Positions 1 through 13,044 of a stretch of 64,000 nt of DNA are shown piece by piece. The translations under genes and the position numbers were made by a program. The notes below the pieces were generated by a model. That model was not told where the DNA came from and ran no database searches. It worked only from the letters and a program-made list of their open reading frames with translations. The number at the start of each line of letters is the position of its first letter. Position 1 is the stretch's first letter. Source of the stretch: Paragordius varius (taxonomy: Eukaryota > Animalia > Nematomorpha); assembly GCA_964247055.1 (NCBI GenBank), contig OZ176055.1, positions 2,666,001 to 2,730,000 on the forward strand, in the 5' to 3' direction.

Positions 1-779
1 AAGTTAAATAAAATGGATAATATATCTATATTTTCAAAGTTAATACCAAAAATTTTCCAATTTCTTAGAAGGATAATTATAAATTATTTATAAAAACAAT
101 TACGTATAGTGGGATTTTGATTTATTCTCAATTTTGATAAGAAATATAAAAATTTAATAACTAAACGCTTTAAACAATTACATTTACTGCATTGTTTACT
201 GCCATTTTAAAAATAATTCAATATAAATTTATAAATGTGCATATGACTTCTAAGGAGATTAAAAAACCTAACGAAGAAAATATATTTAAAGAAATTTTGA
301 ACTTCTAGGCAAATTAGAAAAAATATCATTGTTTTATAGGTTAGATTATTGTAAGTTTTGTACATATATAATAGCGTAAATCTCGTGCTGCTACGGAGCC
401 CGAGGAAGTCCTTCGGACTTCTGGGGGGGGGGAGGAAAAATGGCAATTTACCGGGGGAGCGGGTAAAAAGAGGACCTAAATTAAAAAAGCGAGATGACTA
501 TGTTCAGCGCAATCGAAAATAAGTAAACAAAAATCATATTTGAAATTGAATGATCCAACACGTTCTCCAAAAAATTGTCTCAAGGACATGATTTTTGTGC
601 ACTTGGGTTTTCAAAAAAAAACCGTTTTTCACACGGGGTGGGCCCGAACTGGGGGCCTATTTTAAAAAAAGGGCGAAGCTATTGTCGGGACATTTATTAA
701 TGATTATATTTTTTAAATGTTTGGATTTGATTGGGTCTACCGGTTTTCCGGTACCAGATCACTAAGCCAGCATTTTCCA

Positions 780-3700
780 TTTTTATAAATATATAGATTA
801 CGAAATCGGTTATGAAAACCTTAAAATATATATTCTATGATTATTTATTTTAAATATGCTTAATTTTTCAGGCAAACTAATTTACATGGTGCGAATCGGG
901 GAAAATATATCTTGATAAAAAATGCATGTTCTGATAAATGTATCCGGAGATTTTCACGGGGCTTTTTGAGCTTACGAAATTTTAGTAAATTATTATACTT
1001 TTAAGGTTAGTGCTTTATCTAAAAAGTAGCATAATTAGCGCACATCACATCAAATTAATTATTTGGATAAAAGTTTGGTATTTAAACGAAAATTATAAAA
1101 TATTGAAAAGCGAAACAATATTTATATTAAATTTTAATTATTTGATGTAGGTGAAAGTTTTAAATTTGGGTTGGACAATTTTACTTCAAGCTTGCGTGAT
1201 AGGATACTAATTACTGTGCGTAAAATGGGCGGTATAAAAATAACCTGATGAAAAAATTTATTCTTATCGGAAAATGTATCAGGAATATCATGATACCTTT
1301 GGTTTTGGATCTTGTGATAACTGTTTCATATCAGGAAATGGCGAAATTAGTGCTCTTTTTATTTAATAAAATTTTGGAAAAAATGCTTCTTCTAAAATAT
1401 ACACTAAAATATATCAACTACATAATAGCAAAACAATATTTTTAAATTTTAATTCATGATGTGGGTAAATTTTTTAATCTTTGATCAATTCTCTTAAAAT
1501 AAACACAACGAGATTGCGCGATAATTCTAACACTCCATGACTTTTCCACTTTTTTGTCCGCGATGACATAGAAGTACTTTTATATCCCTGAGCGCGATCT
1601 TGCAATAAACTACTGTTTTGAACGTTATTTTAGTTAATTTAATTATCAAACATTGTTTTCTTGTATTAGATAAATATTTATATTTTTTACAGTTTTATTA
1701 CTCCAAGTCTAAAATTGGAACAGCTCCATAACACGTTTGAACAAAACAGCTGATTTTAGAATCAATAATTATCAAGTTCTGGTAGGCGACTTATTTACTA
1801 ACCATAATATACATTTATTTGCCTATTATAATAGCAATTTAAAATAAAAAAATGGCGGCGAAAAAGTTTGAAATGGGAATTTTTTTAATTTTATTTTTAT
1901 TAAAAAAAGTTGTATATGATCAAAAGGCTAAAAAGCATATCTTTGGCCTTATACCTAAATTTTTATAAGATAATTAAATTAAATCGCTCTGGGATTTAAA
2001 CTATTTCTTAAGGTAATGAAGTGTTAAATATATGACAATTTTTTAATCAAAAGTTTTCCAAAAAATGGTTTTGCTTGGAAACTTAAATTCAAAATTTTGT
2101 TGAAAAGTATTTATATTATTATGAGATATAAACAATAAAATAATATAAACACGTTATATATAATTTAATGATTTTATATCTTTGATACCTCAGAATTATA
2201 ATTTTATTAGTTTTAGATAAAATCATTTGTATTAAATTTTAAGATCAATAAATTGTTAACCTAAATATCGAGGTGAGATTGTTCAGCATCATCGAATTAT
2301 ATAAAAAATTTGTTTTTATAATATCTTAAAAGAGTTTTTCACCGTTTACATTATGGGTCAATATGAAGTACACTTCAAGAGATATTTTTATAAAGTGATG
2401 CATTTTGAATATTTTTAGTCGGTATTAAAATTTAGCACTTTTTAAAAATTTATCGCACAATTCCGGCCTTTTTGCGTTTTTTAGGAGGGAAGAATAAAAA
2501 TTTTTTGGATAATGGCCTACATCTAAAAATCAAATTCAGAAAAAGTTTTGCTTTTAAGTAGTTTATTATTTTTGGTGATTTGGAATGAAGCATTCAGCTT
2601 TTGTCAAGGGTTTATCAGCGACCCCAATATAACAAAGAGCTGACATAAATGTGTTGTATCTAAGTGTTAAAATGTGATAGAATCATATTATTCAGCCTAA
2701 TATATATTCTGATAGGTATCAGGGTTACCATCGCTACTTGGTTTTGGCCCTTGTGAGTGAAATAAGAAAGTTATTTAAACTTTTGTGGTAGGTATTTTAT
2801 ATAAGAAAGCACCATTTGTGCCATTTTTTCAAATAATTTTTTTTGATATAAGATAAGTGCCTCCTTCTAAAAAATATCACTAAAATATATCATAAACTAC
2901 CTATAATGAGCAAAACCAGAATAAAATATTTTTATATGTAGGCACCAAAAGTTCCAAATATTTTCGCTCTTCTAAAATGGTTTAGTTCCTCTAAAGCAAA
3001 AATGCCGGGACTGCGTGATAAAATGTTAAATATATATACTAAATTTTCATCAAATAATATTTTTTAAAAATGTATATTTTTTGCCAAAGTCTATATATTG
3101 GTAAAACTTTGTTGAACCGTACTTTATATTATTTAAATGGGTACGGTATAATAACGCTTTAATACTTAATAAAAACACTTTTTATATAATTTGATGATGT
3201 TCCACACTTCTATCGGTCCAAATTAATTTAATTGTTTTATTGAAATTTAGTGGAATTTTTATAAAAAAGCAATTTACATTTAGCATAAAATTGAATATGA
3301 ACGAATTTTTTAAACCAAATTCTGAGGTTATAGTTATTTTCACCATCATCAGATTATATGGTAAAAGTTTTAAAATATCTCAAAACCTTTCTATAGAGTT
3401 TCCAGCATGCCTAAAACTAGTAGAAAGGCTTAAATAAAATTTTGCTAAAACAACAATTTTTAAAAAAAGTATCCATTTATTAAAAAATATTTTTAGGTGA
3501 TAAATTAACGTTTTATCACACCATGCGTTTATTTCTAAAAAAACTCTCAAAAAATTTAGATTTGGATCCCACATCATTTTTTTATTGAAAGGGGTGATAA
3601 AAAGTTGCACTTGACTTGTAAATCAAGCGCAGCAAGTCGCGCAAGTCTAAAGCCAGTAACTACACTTGTGATTTTTGAATATGGTTACCATCGCAGTTAA

Positions 3701-3800
3701 ACTATGTTGTATCACTCGTAGGAACAAACCAGAAATTAAGAAATTGTTACACTTCTCATCTGAAATAATTTTAAGTATTTGTGTATGACATGGATTTAAA
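780..3800. repeat. Mosaic of an old, degenerate, modular dispersed repeat family
   Basis: Modules such as TTTTTGTCCGCGATGACAT (1552, 37357), AAAATGGCGGCGAAAAAG (1851, 37672, 59601), ATATCACTAAAATATATC (about 1397, 2875, 35200) and GGTTTTGG.CCT..GAGTGA (2740, 34270, 58110) recur in both orientations, including around 18250-18620, 34250-35500, 36900-37850, 58090-58180, 59400-59770 and 60340-60480. Ends are not resolvable. Confidence 0.6.
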
Positions 3801-3920
3801 AAAATTTTAAGAAAAATAGAATTGAATTGGTATAAACCAATTTTCGCTAATTTCTCTTAAATTTTTTACCAAAATAATATATATATCCGATATTTGCAAA
3901 GGTTATGGTTTAAATATCAG

Positions 3921-4424
3921 ATGATGCATCCTAGGGTTCAGGAAATCTGTGATAATTTTTTGAATTTCCAAGTATTTTATCAGTTTATGCAGAATTATCT
4001 TAAATCATTACGCAAATTAGATGATAATATAGTTTATGAATTGAATCAAGCTTTACCTACCAAATCATTTGCTCAAAACCTTAATGTAATTGAGCGTTGC
4101 GGTACCATTGAACAAAAGGTTTTGTTAAAAATTATTACAGATGCTAGCTTAAGGGATTACATTCTCAAAGATCTTTTTTGATTAAAAGTTGCCAATCTTA
4201 TCTTGCCGATAAATTAAAGCGATTGCAAGATTTGAATAGTGATTCCAAAGATGTAAAAGAACTACGAGCCAATGTATATTATAGTTATATTTTAGCTCAA
4301 AACCATAGAAAATGAAGAATTTATTGAACAAATTATAAATCAAAGAAGCCAAAAAGTTGTTGCGTTAATTATAAATTAGGTTTTTCATGACAAATGTGAC
4401 AGCAATTTGCTCAATCTCAATTAA
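3921..4424 (+). CDS. MIX23: MIX23/CCDC58 (mitochondrial intermembrane-space import factor), 5 exons, 135 aa
   Basis: Exons 3921-3971, 3993-4118, 4148-4273, 4296-4355, 4380-4424, all phase 0 with GT-AG introns of 21, 29, 22 and 24 nt. Spliced product CDNFLNFQ|NYLKSLRKLDDNIVYELNQALPTKSFA...CGTIEQK|LKGLHSQRSFLIKSC...|LKTIENEEFIEQIINQRSQK|VFHDKC is collinear with the recalled CCDC58 pattern (CEEFAEFQ ELLKVMRTIDDRIVHELN...RDRVIKNC...EEVVNDRSWK VFNERC). Confidence 0.9.
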
Positions 4425-4707
4425 AAAATATTATGCATTTGAATTTAAATAAATCATTTTTTATTTCTTGCTCTCATATGCATAGTTGTGTACATTAAGA
4501 TTGCAGTAGTAAGAAATGCCAAATTTGTGTAAATTCTGAATTTGCTTTTAAGTTTTTCCAAAGTTGCTCGTGAGACTTGGTTAGGAACTGATTGAAAATT
4601 AGGATATTTTCTTAAAGTAACTAAAACTAATCTATCATACCAATCTGGCGATTGTAAATCTAAATTTATAAAATATAAATACCCTTCCCATTCATTGCGT
4701 AAAGTGA

Positions 4708-7700
4708 ATGCACAGTTTTTTACATATGGACCGACCTGAAATATATGAACAATCTGAGGCAGAAAAAAACCATTATTTTCATATTTTAAATGCTTTTCAA
4801 CACTACAAGTTTAATCAAAATATTTTTACCCTTAGAAAATTTTCGGTTATTAGGCTGGAGCATGAAAAAGCATATTTTTTTTCGCTTTCAGAAAGTCAAA
4901 AATCTTTAGTTCCCGATTTTGAAACGCATTGTAAAAATATAATGATCGGTATTGATTCAAACTATCAATTTTTTATTAAAATGCTCAAACCTTCAGCACA
5001 TATATTTCAGAACGGGTCGAACCTTTTGCAAAATGTAAGTTTTTTTTATAATACTTAATATTATGGAATTAAGAATTGTTAAAACTTTAATTTTTATGAC
5101 AATTCTATTGTATTCCAGTTGTGGTACAATATAAATATGTCCTAAAATTATTTTAAACAATATAAAAACTTAAAACTTGTACAGAAACAAAATTTGGTGC
5201 AACAATTAAAGGCTCAGGGAATCCCAACCACATTTGATATGGAAAAGGTAGATTCCACCATAAAACAATTTTATAGAGATTGGAGTCATGTTGGCCAACT
5301 AGAACGGATTGTATCTTACGGTCCAATTTTAAAAGATCTTCAAATATATTTACCAATAACTTCAATACATCCGAATAAAAGTATGTATATTATGTGTTAA
5401 AATGGGTACTTCTATAATTTTACACATTGAGTGGGGTGATAAAAATTTTTTTTGACTTGCATTTCAAGTCATGGCTTGCTTTCATGTGATAAAAAAATTT
5501 ACCATTAAACGACTTGAGTCAAGCAAGAAAACTTGATTCGGAGGATATAAAAAATATGATCAAGTAAAATTAGAAGATTTTGCAAGTGTGGTGTAAGGAG
5601 CACTTCAACATTTGGATAAAAGAAACTATTTATGTGTATAATTTAGGTTTTAAATGTGTTGAAAACTTAATGTTAAATCGTTTATTTGGTAATTAACCTA
5701 TTCAAATTGGGTAATTACAAAAGATTTTATAGAAAAAATCTGCTAATATTTAAGAAACAATGCATTTACATATATAATAAATTTTTCAATTCCGTAAACT
5801 TGCAAAAATTGATTTACGAAAAAAATTAAAATTAATAATTAAATATTAATCATGATCGAAATTGTCAAATCTTCGGTCTACATATAATAATAAACGCTAA
5901 AGGTTACTTCGCATTAAAATATGTAAAGAGTGTCTGGTAAAATAATAGAGAGTGTTTTAAGGGCGAATAGTTTCATCAACTTAAAAATTTTAGATATCGA
6001 GCTCAATATTTTGAAAAATCCATTATATTAAATAAGATATGTGCCATTGAGTTTGAAAAACTTCAATAAATGCATATGTATTGATTGTTTATCTTTTTGT
6101 GCCTTATTTCATAAATTTTAGCTAAAAATAATCATGTGGCAGAAAAATGTTACATTTAGACTTGAGTTAAGTGTTTTCTTATCACCGATTCAATACAATT
6201 GTTGGCATAAGTAAACTTGCTCAACTTGCCACGCTTATGTCAAGTGCGTTTTTATCACCCCACCCATTAATACATAATCGCATTGGTTGTGTAATTTTCT
6301 CGATTTTTTGATGTAATTGAATTCAAAAGCGTCATAAAAAATATTAAGCATAATTTTATTTTTTGTTTATTGATATCAGATTTTGTTAGCTCTTTTTTCG
6401 CAATTAGAGGTGATCGAATAGCATCATTGAATTTTATAGAAAAACTGTATGATTTTTTTTTGGAGAATAGTTATGTAATTATATTTTTATAAATTTTCAT
6501 CTTTAACCTTTCGATTTTCGTAATGCATTTTTAACTGTTGAAATTGACTCTTTTTTCACTCCTATATTTGTCTATTAGAACAAATTTGTAAACCAATGTT
6601 GCCTTTTTAAATTATGAAAATGTTATACTCACTTCAATATTCCTCACAAAGACACTTTTGGCTATTGAATAAAATAATCTTTATTTTTTGACTCCCATTT
6701 TTAATCAAAAATAAAATAAAATTTTATGAGATATGCGGGAATACATATAAAAAATGTTCGCTCATATAATATTCCTTATAATGAATTTTTGAGCTATCGA
6801 TTTACAGAAATTTATATTTTTTAATCGTTAAATCGTTACACTCACATTTTCATTTAATTTAAATAATTGATTTTAGAAAATGTCGCCCCACCCTGTGTAC
6901 TTATACCTGGTTGTGGATTGGGACGATTAGTGTTTGAAATTGCCAAACTTGGATATACAGCCCAGGGAAATGAATGGAGCTTATATATGCTTTTTGCATC
7001 TAATTTTGTCCTTAATCAGTACGCCTTTTTTTGAATGCATTATTAGAATTTTGGTTCATTGTTTCAGATAGGTTACTTAAATGACTTTAAATGTTTAATC
7101 TAGCTTGAAAAAGGAATAAAAATATTTTTCTGCTTTGTTGTATTTTCTACGGTTTTAGCCAATATAATTCAATCATTAAATGAAATATGACGAACATATA
7201 ACATTAAAACATTGCTAGTATTCCAAATCATTGATATACAAATTATTATTGAATGTGTTTATTTAATCAATTGAATTAATTTACTAGCGCTGTTTTTATG
7301 TTATTGCCATTTAACCATTGATGTAAAGATGATCAAAGATATTATTTTCACATTGAATAGTTTAAATTTTTTACCTAAAATGATAAAAACTTTTGAATAA
7401 AACGATTTTTAATTTAGTTTTATAAATAATATATAACATTAGTATAAAATGTGCAAAACAATATACCATATACCCATGGCTCCATCAATACACCAATAAT
7501 TATAAGAGCGAAACGCAATATGAATCAATCGACATACCTGATGTGAATCCTTCCGATATTTCATCTCCCTGTGATAACTTGATTGAAAATTCTGAAAATT
7601 GCACCGCAAATAGTTTATCACCAGCACAAAAATTTTCGAATTTCTCAATGTGTGCCGGAGACTTTCTTGAAGTCTATGATGATCAGAACGGTTTAAATCT

Positions 7701-8758
7701 TGTTTTCAAATAAACTTTTTAATTTGTCTTTTTTGGGCGCATTAACAAAAGCTTTTTCGTTTAAAGTTATTTTATTTTTGATACTTAGTCTTAATTTATG
7801 TATTTATTTTTTGGCCTTTATTTACTTTTGCGTCTTTTTCATCTTAAAAGATCATTGCAGTATTTTTCGCGGATTCCATGGTTTTTGAAATATTAATTGC
7901 ATATCCAGAATAGACTTGTTTTGGTTTAAAATATGCAATTGTAAGAGATTAATTAAGTTTATTAAGCAATTTTTTATACTTATATTCATTTGAGCTCATA
8001 GATAAGACAATCAATCTACACTTTATACACAAATAAAATTTAAATGGTTGCATTGAATATGTTATTACTAAAATTAAAAAATATGCTCGGTAAAGCACTA
8101 ATATTGAAAAAAAAACTCCTCAAATCACTCGTTTGATATACTCGCCACAATGATTAATAAAAGATGGTTAACACTGAATAAAGACAACTTTGTATAATTT
8201 TAAATAGTTTACTAATTTTTGATTTTTATTACAAAAGTCATCGTTACAGATAATTTTCAGTTATTTTTATTTATTTCTATAAATTTTTTGTTATAAGATT
8301 TTTTATGCTCTACAGATGTTTGGGATGCTATCGCCACTTGTTTTTTCATTGATACGGCACACAATATTCTGGATTATTTTGAAATGATATACAAAATCCT
8401 TAAACCCGGTGGTTATTGGTTTAATTTTGGTATGTTCTCTATTTCTTTTTATAATATTTTTTTATAAAATTTTATGTATTATACTAGGGCCTTTATTATA
8501 CCATTATGCGGATATGCCAAATGAGAAATCTATTGAATTGAGTTACGCTCAATGTAAAACAGCTATCGAAAAACTTGGCTTCAAATTTTTAGTATACCTC
8601 TCTATATTTTTTTTCCAAATTCAAATTAATTATTGTTTTTATAATCTTTTGTTGATTAACAGAAAGAAGAGTTAAATATCCCTTGCACATATGCTCAAAA
8701 TCCATCATCAATGCTAAAATATGTGTATGATTGTGTATATTTTGTGGTACAAAAATAA
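4708..8758 (+). CDS. CARNMT1: Carnosine N-methyltransferase (N2227 family), 8 exons, about 399 aa
   Basis: Exons 4708-4808, 4836-5034, 5185-5380, 6877-7018, 7443-7690, 8316-8429, 8488-8591, 8663-8758; phases are consistent. Motifs [28 protein letters not shown] (SAM-binding), [52 protein letters not shown]. The start could be ATG 4708 or 4726. Confidence 0.93.
5429..6265. mobile_element. MITE with TGGGGTGATAAAAA TIRs in CARNMT1 intron 3 (PIF/Harbinger-like termini)
   Basis: Left end GAGTGGGGTGATAAAAA, right end TTTTTATCACCCCACCC, both flanked by ATT (possible 3-bp TSD). A related end fragment lies at about 3590-3650. Confidence 0.65.
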
Positions 8759-9024
8759 ATTTATAATCTTTTTATCAGTTTTAATATCAAATCGTAATTG
8801 GGTATTTTCGTTTATAATAATAATATATTGTTTTTCCTATAGAGATCTTTAGGGAGAAAATATATTGATTTGAATTGGTTAAATGATTACATGCATCTGC
8901 AAACAACTAATAATAAATTATTTATAATGTTTAAAAGAATTTTACTCCAATAAACCTTTTTAATTTAAAAATTTGCAAATTAAAGCATGATTGTGCATAT
9001 TTAAATATTTATACCATATAATTA

Positions 9025-9276
9025 CAGTAAAAATTTTATTTATATGGATAAAACGCAAAAATGTATTTTTTTGATACTTTAATATACCTTAATTTAACAC
9101 ATTAAATATTTAACAATCGTAAAATATGTAATTGTTTTACCAATCTACATCTTTATTATACTTTGGAGTTTAAAACAATGAGTTATTATAAAGAAATCAA
9201 GAATAAGTATGGATGTATGAAAAAATATTTGTCTTTATTTTTTTATGTTTTGTCCGTATAATTTCAATTTTTACTA
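9025..9276. mobile_element. Tc1/mariner-like MITE (TA|CAGTAAAAATT... TIR), copy 1 of about 6
   Basis: About 70-bp imperfect TIRs (CAGTAAAAATT...ACAAAACGTAAAAA...AAAGACAAATATTTT) flanked by TA. The interior matches the 28278-28547 copy in reverse. Confidence 0.7.
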
Positions 9277-9339
9277 TATTTATAATAATGTATAACTGAA
9301 TTAATAATATTTACTTTAGCCCATATTATGTTAAAATCC

Positions 9340-9557
9340 AGATTATATTTATCCAAAAAAACCTGAAGGGCCAAATAAAAAATATTTTCTGGTCTTCAGG
9401 ACCGTGCAACATAAATACCAAGATTGCATAGCTGTTGAAAACATATGCATATATGTTATTTAAATTAACTAGATCAAAAAATAAATGAATAGTTCGGGCC
9501 AGAAAAAGTACTTTTAGGGCCTTATGAGGTCCACGGGCCGTGGTTTGATTACCACTG
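9340..9557. mobile_element. Degenerate hAT (SPIN/Charlie-like) MITE end
   Basis: Ends in GGGCCGTGGTTTGATTACCACTG, the same terminus as 17013 and 21398. The interior resembles 14580-14720. Another end fragment lies at about 34955-35030. Confidence 0.6.
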
Positions 9558-11154
9558 TTATAAATCAGTGTGTCCAACATGCGAACCGCATGGGGGGTTC
9601 TCCAAAATACTTTTGAGTCCCGCGAGAAATTTCAAATCTAAAGTATTACGATGTCAAAGAAAAAAAATATTTTCAAAAATTTTGTTAATAAATACTTCCC
9701 AATATGGCAACGAACTAGCCAAAAATGTTACAATAAATAGTTTACAGTCTTAGACTGTGCCTGCGAAGCCATTTGTGTTAGACACAATTATAGATATTTC
9801 CTCATGACGTAATTGTAGGAATACACGGCTCCATTAATTGTATTACGACCTTTTTCAAAAGCCTGATATAATTCGATTTTTTTGGTTTTATTTTATAACA
9901 TGGCTCAAAAATACGTACAAAGTACGGAATTTGTGGCAAGGTATATGCCATTTTTATCGTTTGTATATTCAAAACTAGGATCTTAAAATTAATGCACAAA
10001 AAACGCTAAATAAGTTAAAAACATTATTTATCTAACCACATAAATTGTTTAAAACATAGTATTTAAGGTTAAAGTATGAAGGTTGTGGAGAACAGCTAAA
10101 TATTTTGTCTTCTTAATTGGATGCCGCTCATAATATAAATTACCGCAGAATATTTAAAAGTCTTAAAATTTAGGTAAAAAGATTTTTAACTTTAATTTAG
10201 AACATAAGCTTGAATGCGAGGGCTTTGAAATGAAATTCTGAGATAAAAATTTCAGACGTAGAAAATACAAACAATATTTTATTGTGACGATACATCTTTT
10301 GAAATTAAAAGTAATATATCTTGTGCGCTTTAATTAATTTATACATCCCATTCTTATTGCAATTTGCATATTTCATACTACATTTAGCTTATAACTCTTA
10401 TGGTAAGATTGCAGCTTATATTCTTTAAAAGACACCAGCATATTTTAACCAAAAGGTTCGGAAGCCGATATGAAAATAAAACAGTTTTGATTCAAAAAAA
10501 ATTATTAACGATAATCGCGATCGAAATTTACTATTTGTTGATTTGGCTAATGGCATATGAGAATTTATTCCTTCCAAACAAATTACATGAAAATTACCTA
10601 AATTGCTCTAAAAATGTTTTAAAAGTTATTTAAAATGTGTTCCATCGATATGAGGGGCAAACTCCTCTTTCAATTGTGAATCGATCTTTTTGCAAAAAGT
10701 TTTGAGCATTTTTTACTTGTTATTAGGGATTTCATAGTTTAATACTTTTTTATACCTAATTTTTAGAAATTCTAGCTGTATTCTTACAGTAAAAAATTAT
10801 AAATCATTCGCTAAAATGGCGTTTGACGCCCAATTTTCTTTTTAAACACTCTGATACATATCGCAATTTATTTTATATAATTTATTTGGCATTTAAAAAT
10901 ATTGGATAATATTGGTACGAGTCACTACATGAAATAAGTCAGATTATGGTTACAAAAATTAAGTAATAGGAAATAACGCTGAAATAAAAATTAATATCCT
11001 TTGATGTAGCAATAATTGAGTTTTTAATAAATATTTAAACGCTTAAAAATGGAAAATTAAAAATATTGTATATTTCCTTTCTTCGCTACAGTTCGCAATT
11101 TTTCGCCCATAAGATGAGGATTTGTTTCCTATTTATAAATTTACATAAATTTGA

Positions 11155-13044
11155 TTATAATAATTTATATTTTTTGTTAATAATTTTTACTTGGTAATAG
11201 CTCATTGGTTTTCCTTTTTTAGCTACAATCGGATGGTTTTTTCTTTTGCTCTGAAAATTTTATAAATGATAAATTTTATTAAAAAAAATTTCAATTTATA
11301 CACAAATATGTATACTTCAAAGTTTTTCAAAATTTTGGCCATGTGTCCCAAATTTTTGTATGGATTTCCGCCCAAATCGGATAGAAATAAAGTATTATCA
11401 ATTCGATTAACTGGACAATCAAACATGTGTTCAGGGTCACATAAACAATCCTAAATATAAAAATATTTTGTAATATAGTTGAAACTAAAAGTCAAAAATC
11501 AATTTTTTCCATACTTGTTGAGATTGGTATAATCGACTGAAGTCTGCCGTGTTTTTGACGCCTTCTAAGCAATTATCGTCACCTTAAATATTCCAAAAAA
11601 TTAAAAATAATCACTATTGATAAAGATCTAAATCAAATTCTTAATTTGAGATATATTTAATATTGTTAATAATATTCTATAATCTACGTTTAAATGATAT
11701 AAATATAAATCGTAATAAACTGGGGAAATTTATTACGATTCATCCCGACACTGAGTTTTTGCATACGGATGTCCTCGGTAATAACAAAACTTCAATTTCA
11801 GTGTTATCATTTTTTATGTAGAGATATATTATAACAAATTCCTTATAAAATTGCCGTAAAATCAAAAACTCTATTAAAGTTGATTTATAGAATATGAAGT
11901 GGTTGAAAATAATTTATGGTAATATAAAAAATAAATTAAAGTTATATTAATTTATTGGAAAACTTTTCAGTTATTTACTTAACAATACGCAAGCCCTATA
12001 GCTAAAATACCCTTATTTGATAGAATTTTTTCATTATATTGTTTATGGAAATTTTGTGAGTTGTATATGCAAATAGTTTTTTACATACTTGTATAACCAA
12101 CAGGACATGGGTTTGGCGGATCACAATATGTGGGTAAAAAGGCATCAGTCTTGATTTCTTGGATATTAGGATAACCAGAAATGTTGAGGCCTTCACCATA
12201 GCCACCTATTTTCAAAATAAGTGAATAATCAACATTCCTGAAATTTTAGTCATATTGACAAGTTTTCTCGCGTTGTAAAAAATTAGTGTAGCCCCTTCTG
12301 CATAATGACCATTTATAATGTTTTTTCAGTGTCTCTAAACTGAAAAATTCATACTTATCATTTTCTGATGTGCGAATCAGGGTGATTAAGTGTAATCGTT
12401 CTAAAGTTTTATATTTCGAATGAAAAGGGTTATTATGAGGTGGGACTCTATCAAAATAAATGTTTTTTTAATTTACTACTTTGCTGTCTAAAAAATGATA
12501 AATTTTTGTTACCTTGGATATATTGGGGACCCCAAAGACCACTTTGTTGAAGATGTTCTTCATCTCGCATCACATTTCGATTATTACCACTGTTGTACAA
12601 ATTCTCATATAACATATTGTACATTAGGTCGTTGTTATTAACATTATTACCAATGAAATCTATCGTTTGTTCCATGTTAGTAGGTGATGAGAGGGGAACA
12701 TCATTAAGATTAGATGCCTCCATATAACTGCGTGGGATAGCGACTTCTTCCTGCAAATTCGGTCCCATAAAATGGTCTAAAGTTTCAAATCTTTTATCAA
12801 CGTTTACGTATTCATTGCTTAAATCATGGTTACGTGGATCAGAGGCCAGACTATCATAAGTTTTATCATATTCCGCTTCATTTGGGGAATACATTGGCTG
12901 TTTTTCCCGGCCCTCTTGTAGGTCTTGTAAATCCTCAATCGAATTATAAGGAAAATTTAAGGCTTCCAAATTTAGTTCCTGACTTGTGATTCCCAACATC
13001 CAAATTAAACAAATGGTATAGCCAAATGTTTTTATATTCGACAT
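11155..13044 (-). CDS. SCG5: Neuroendocrine protein 7B2 (secretogranin V, PC2 chaperone/inhibitor), about 315 aa
   Basis: Exons 13044-12513, 12205-12089, 11582-11515, 11450-11316, 11250-11155. Signal-peptide-like N-terminus, then RDEEHLQQSGLWGPQYIQG|GYGEG, KTDAFLPTYCDPPNPCPVGYT, NCLEGVKNTADFSRLYQSQQ|DCLCDPEHMFDC, GGNPY and C-terminal IVAKKG, which are the invertebrate 7B2 signatures. The last exon and stop codon are less certain. Confidence 0.88.

Noticed and set aside
380-700. GC-rich island with G-runs and GGGCCC motifs considered as a promoter or G-quadruplex element
   Set aside because: It resembles the GC-rich subterminal segments of hAT elements elsewhere in the window (for example 63800-63860), and no adjacent gene start supports a promoter.
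3894-4181. 95-aa ORF as a complete single-exon gene
   Set aside because: It reads through a 21-nt intron and into a 29-nt intron; the family match continues only after splicing.
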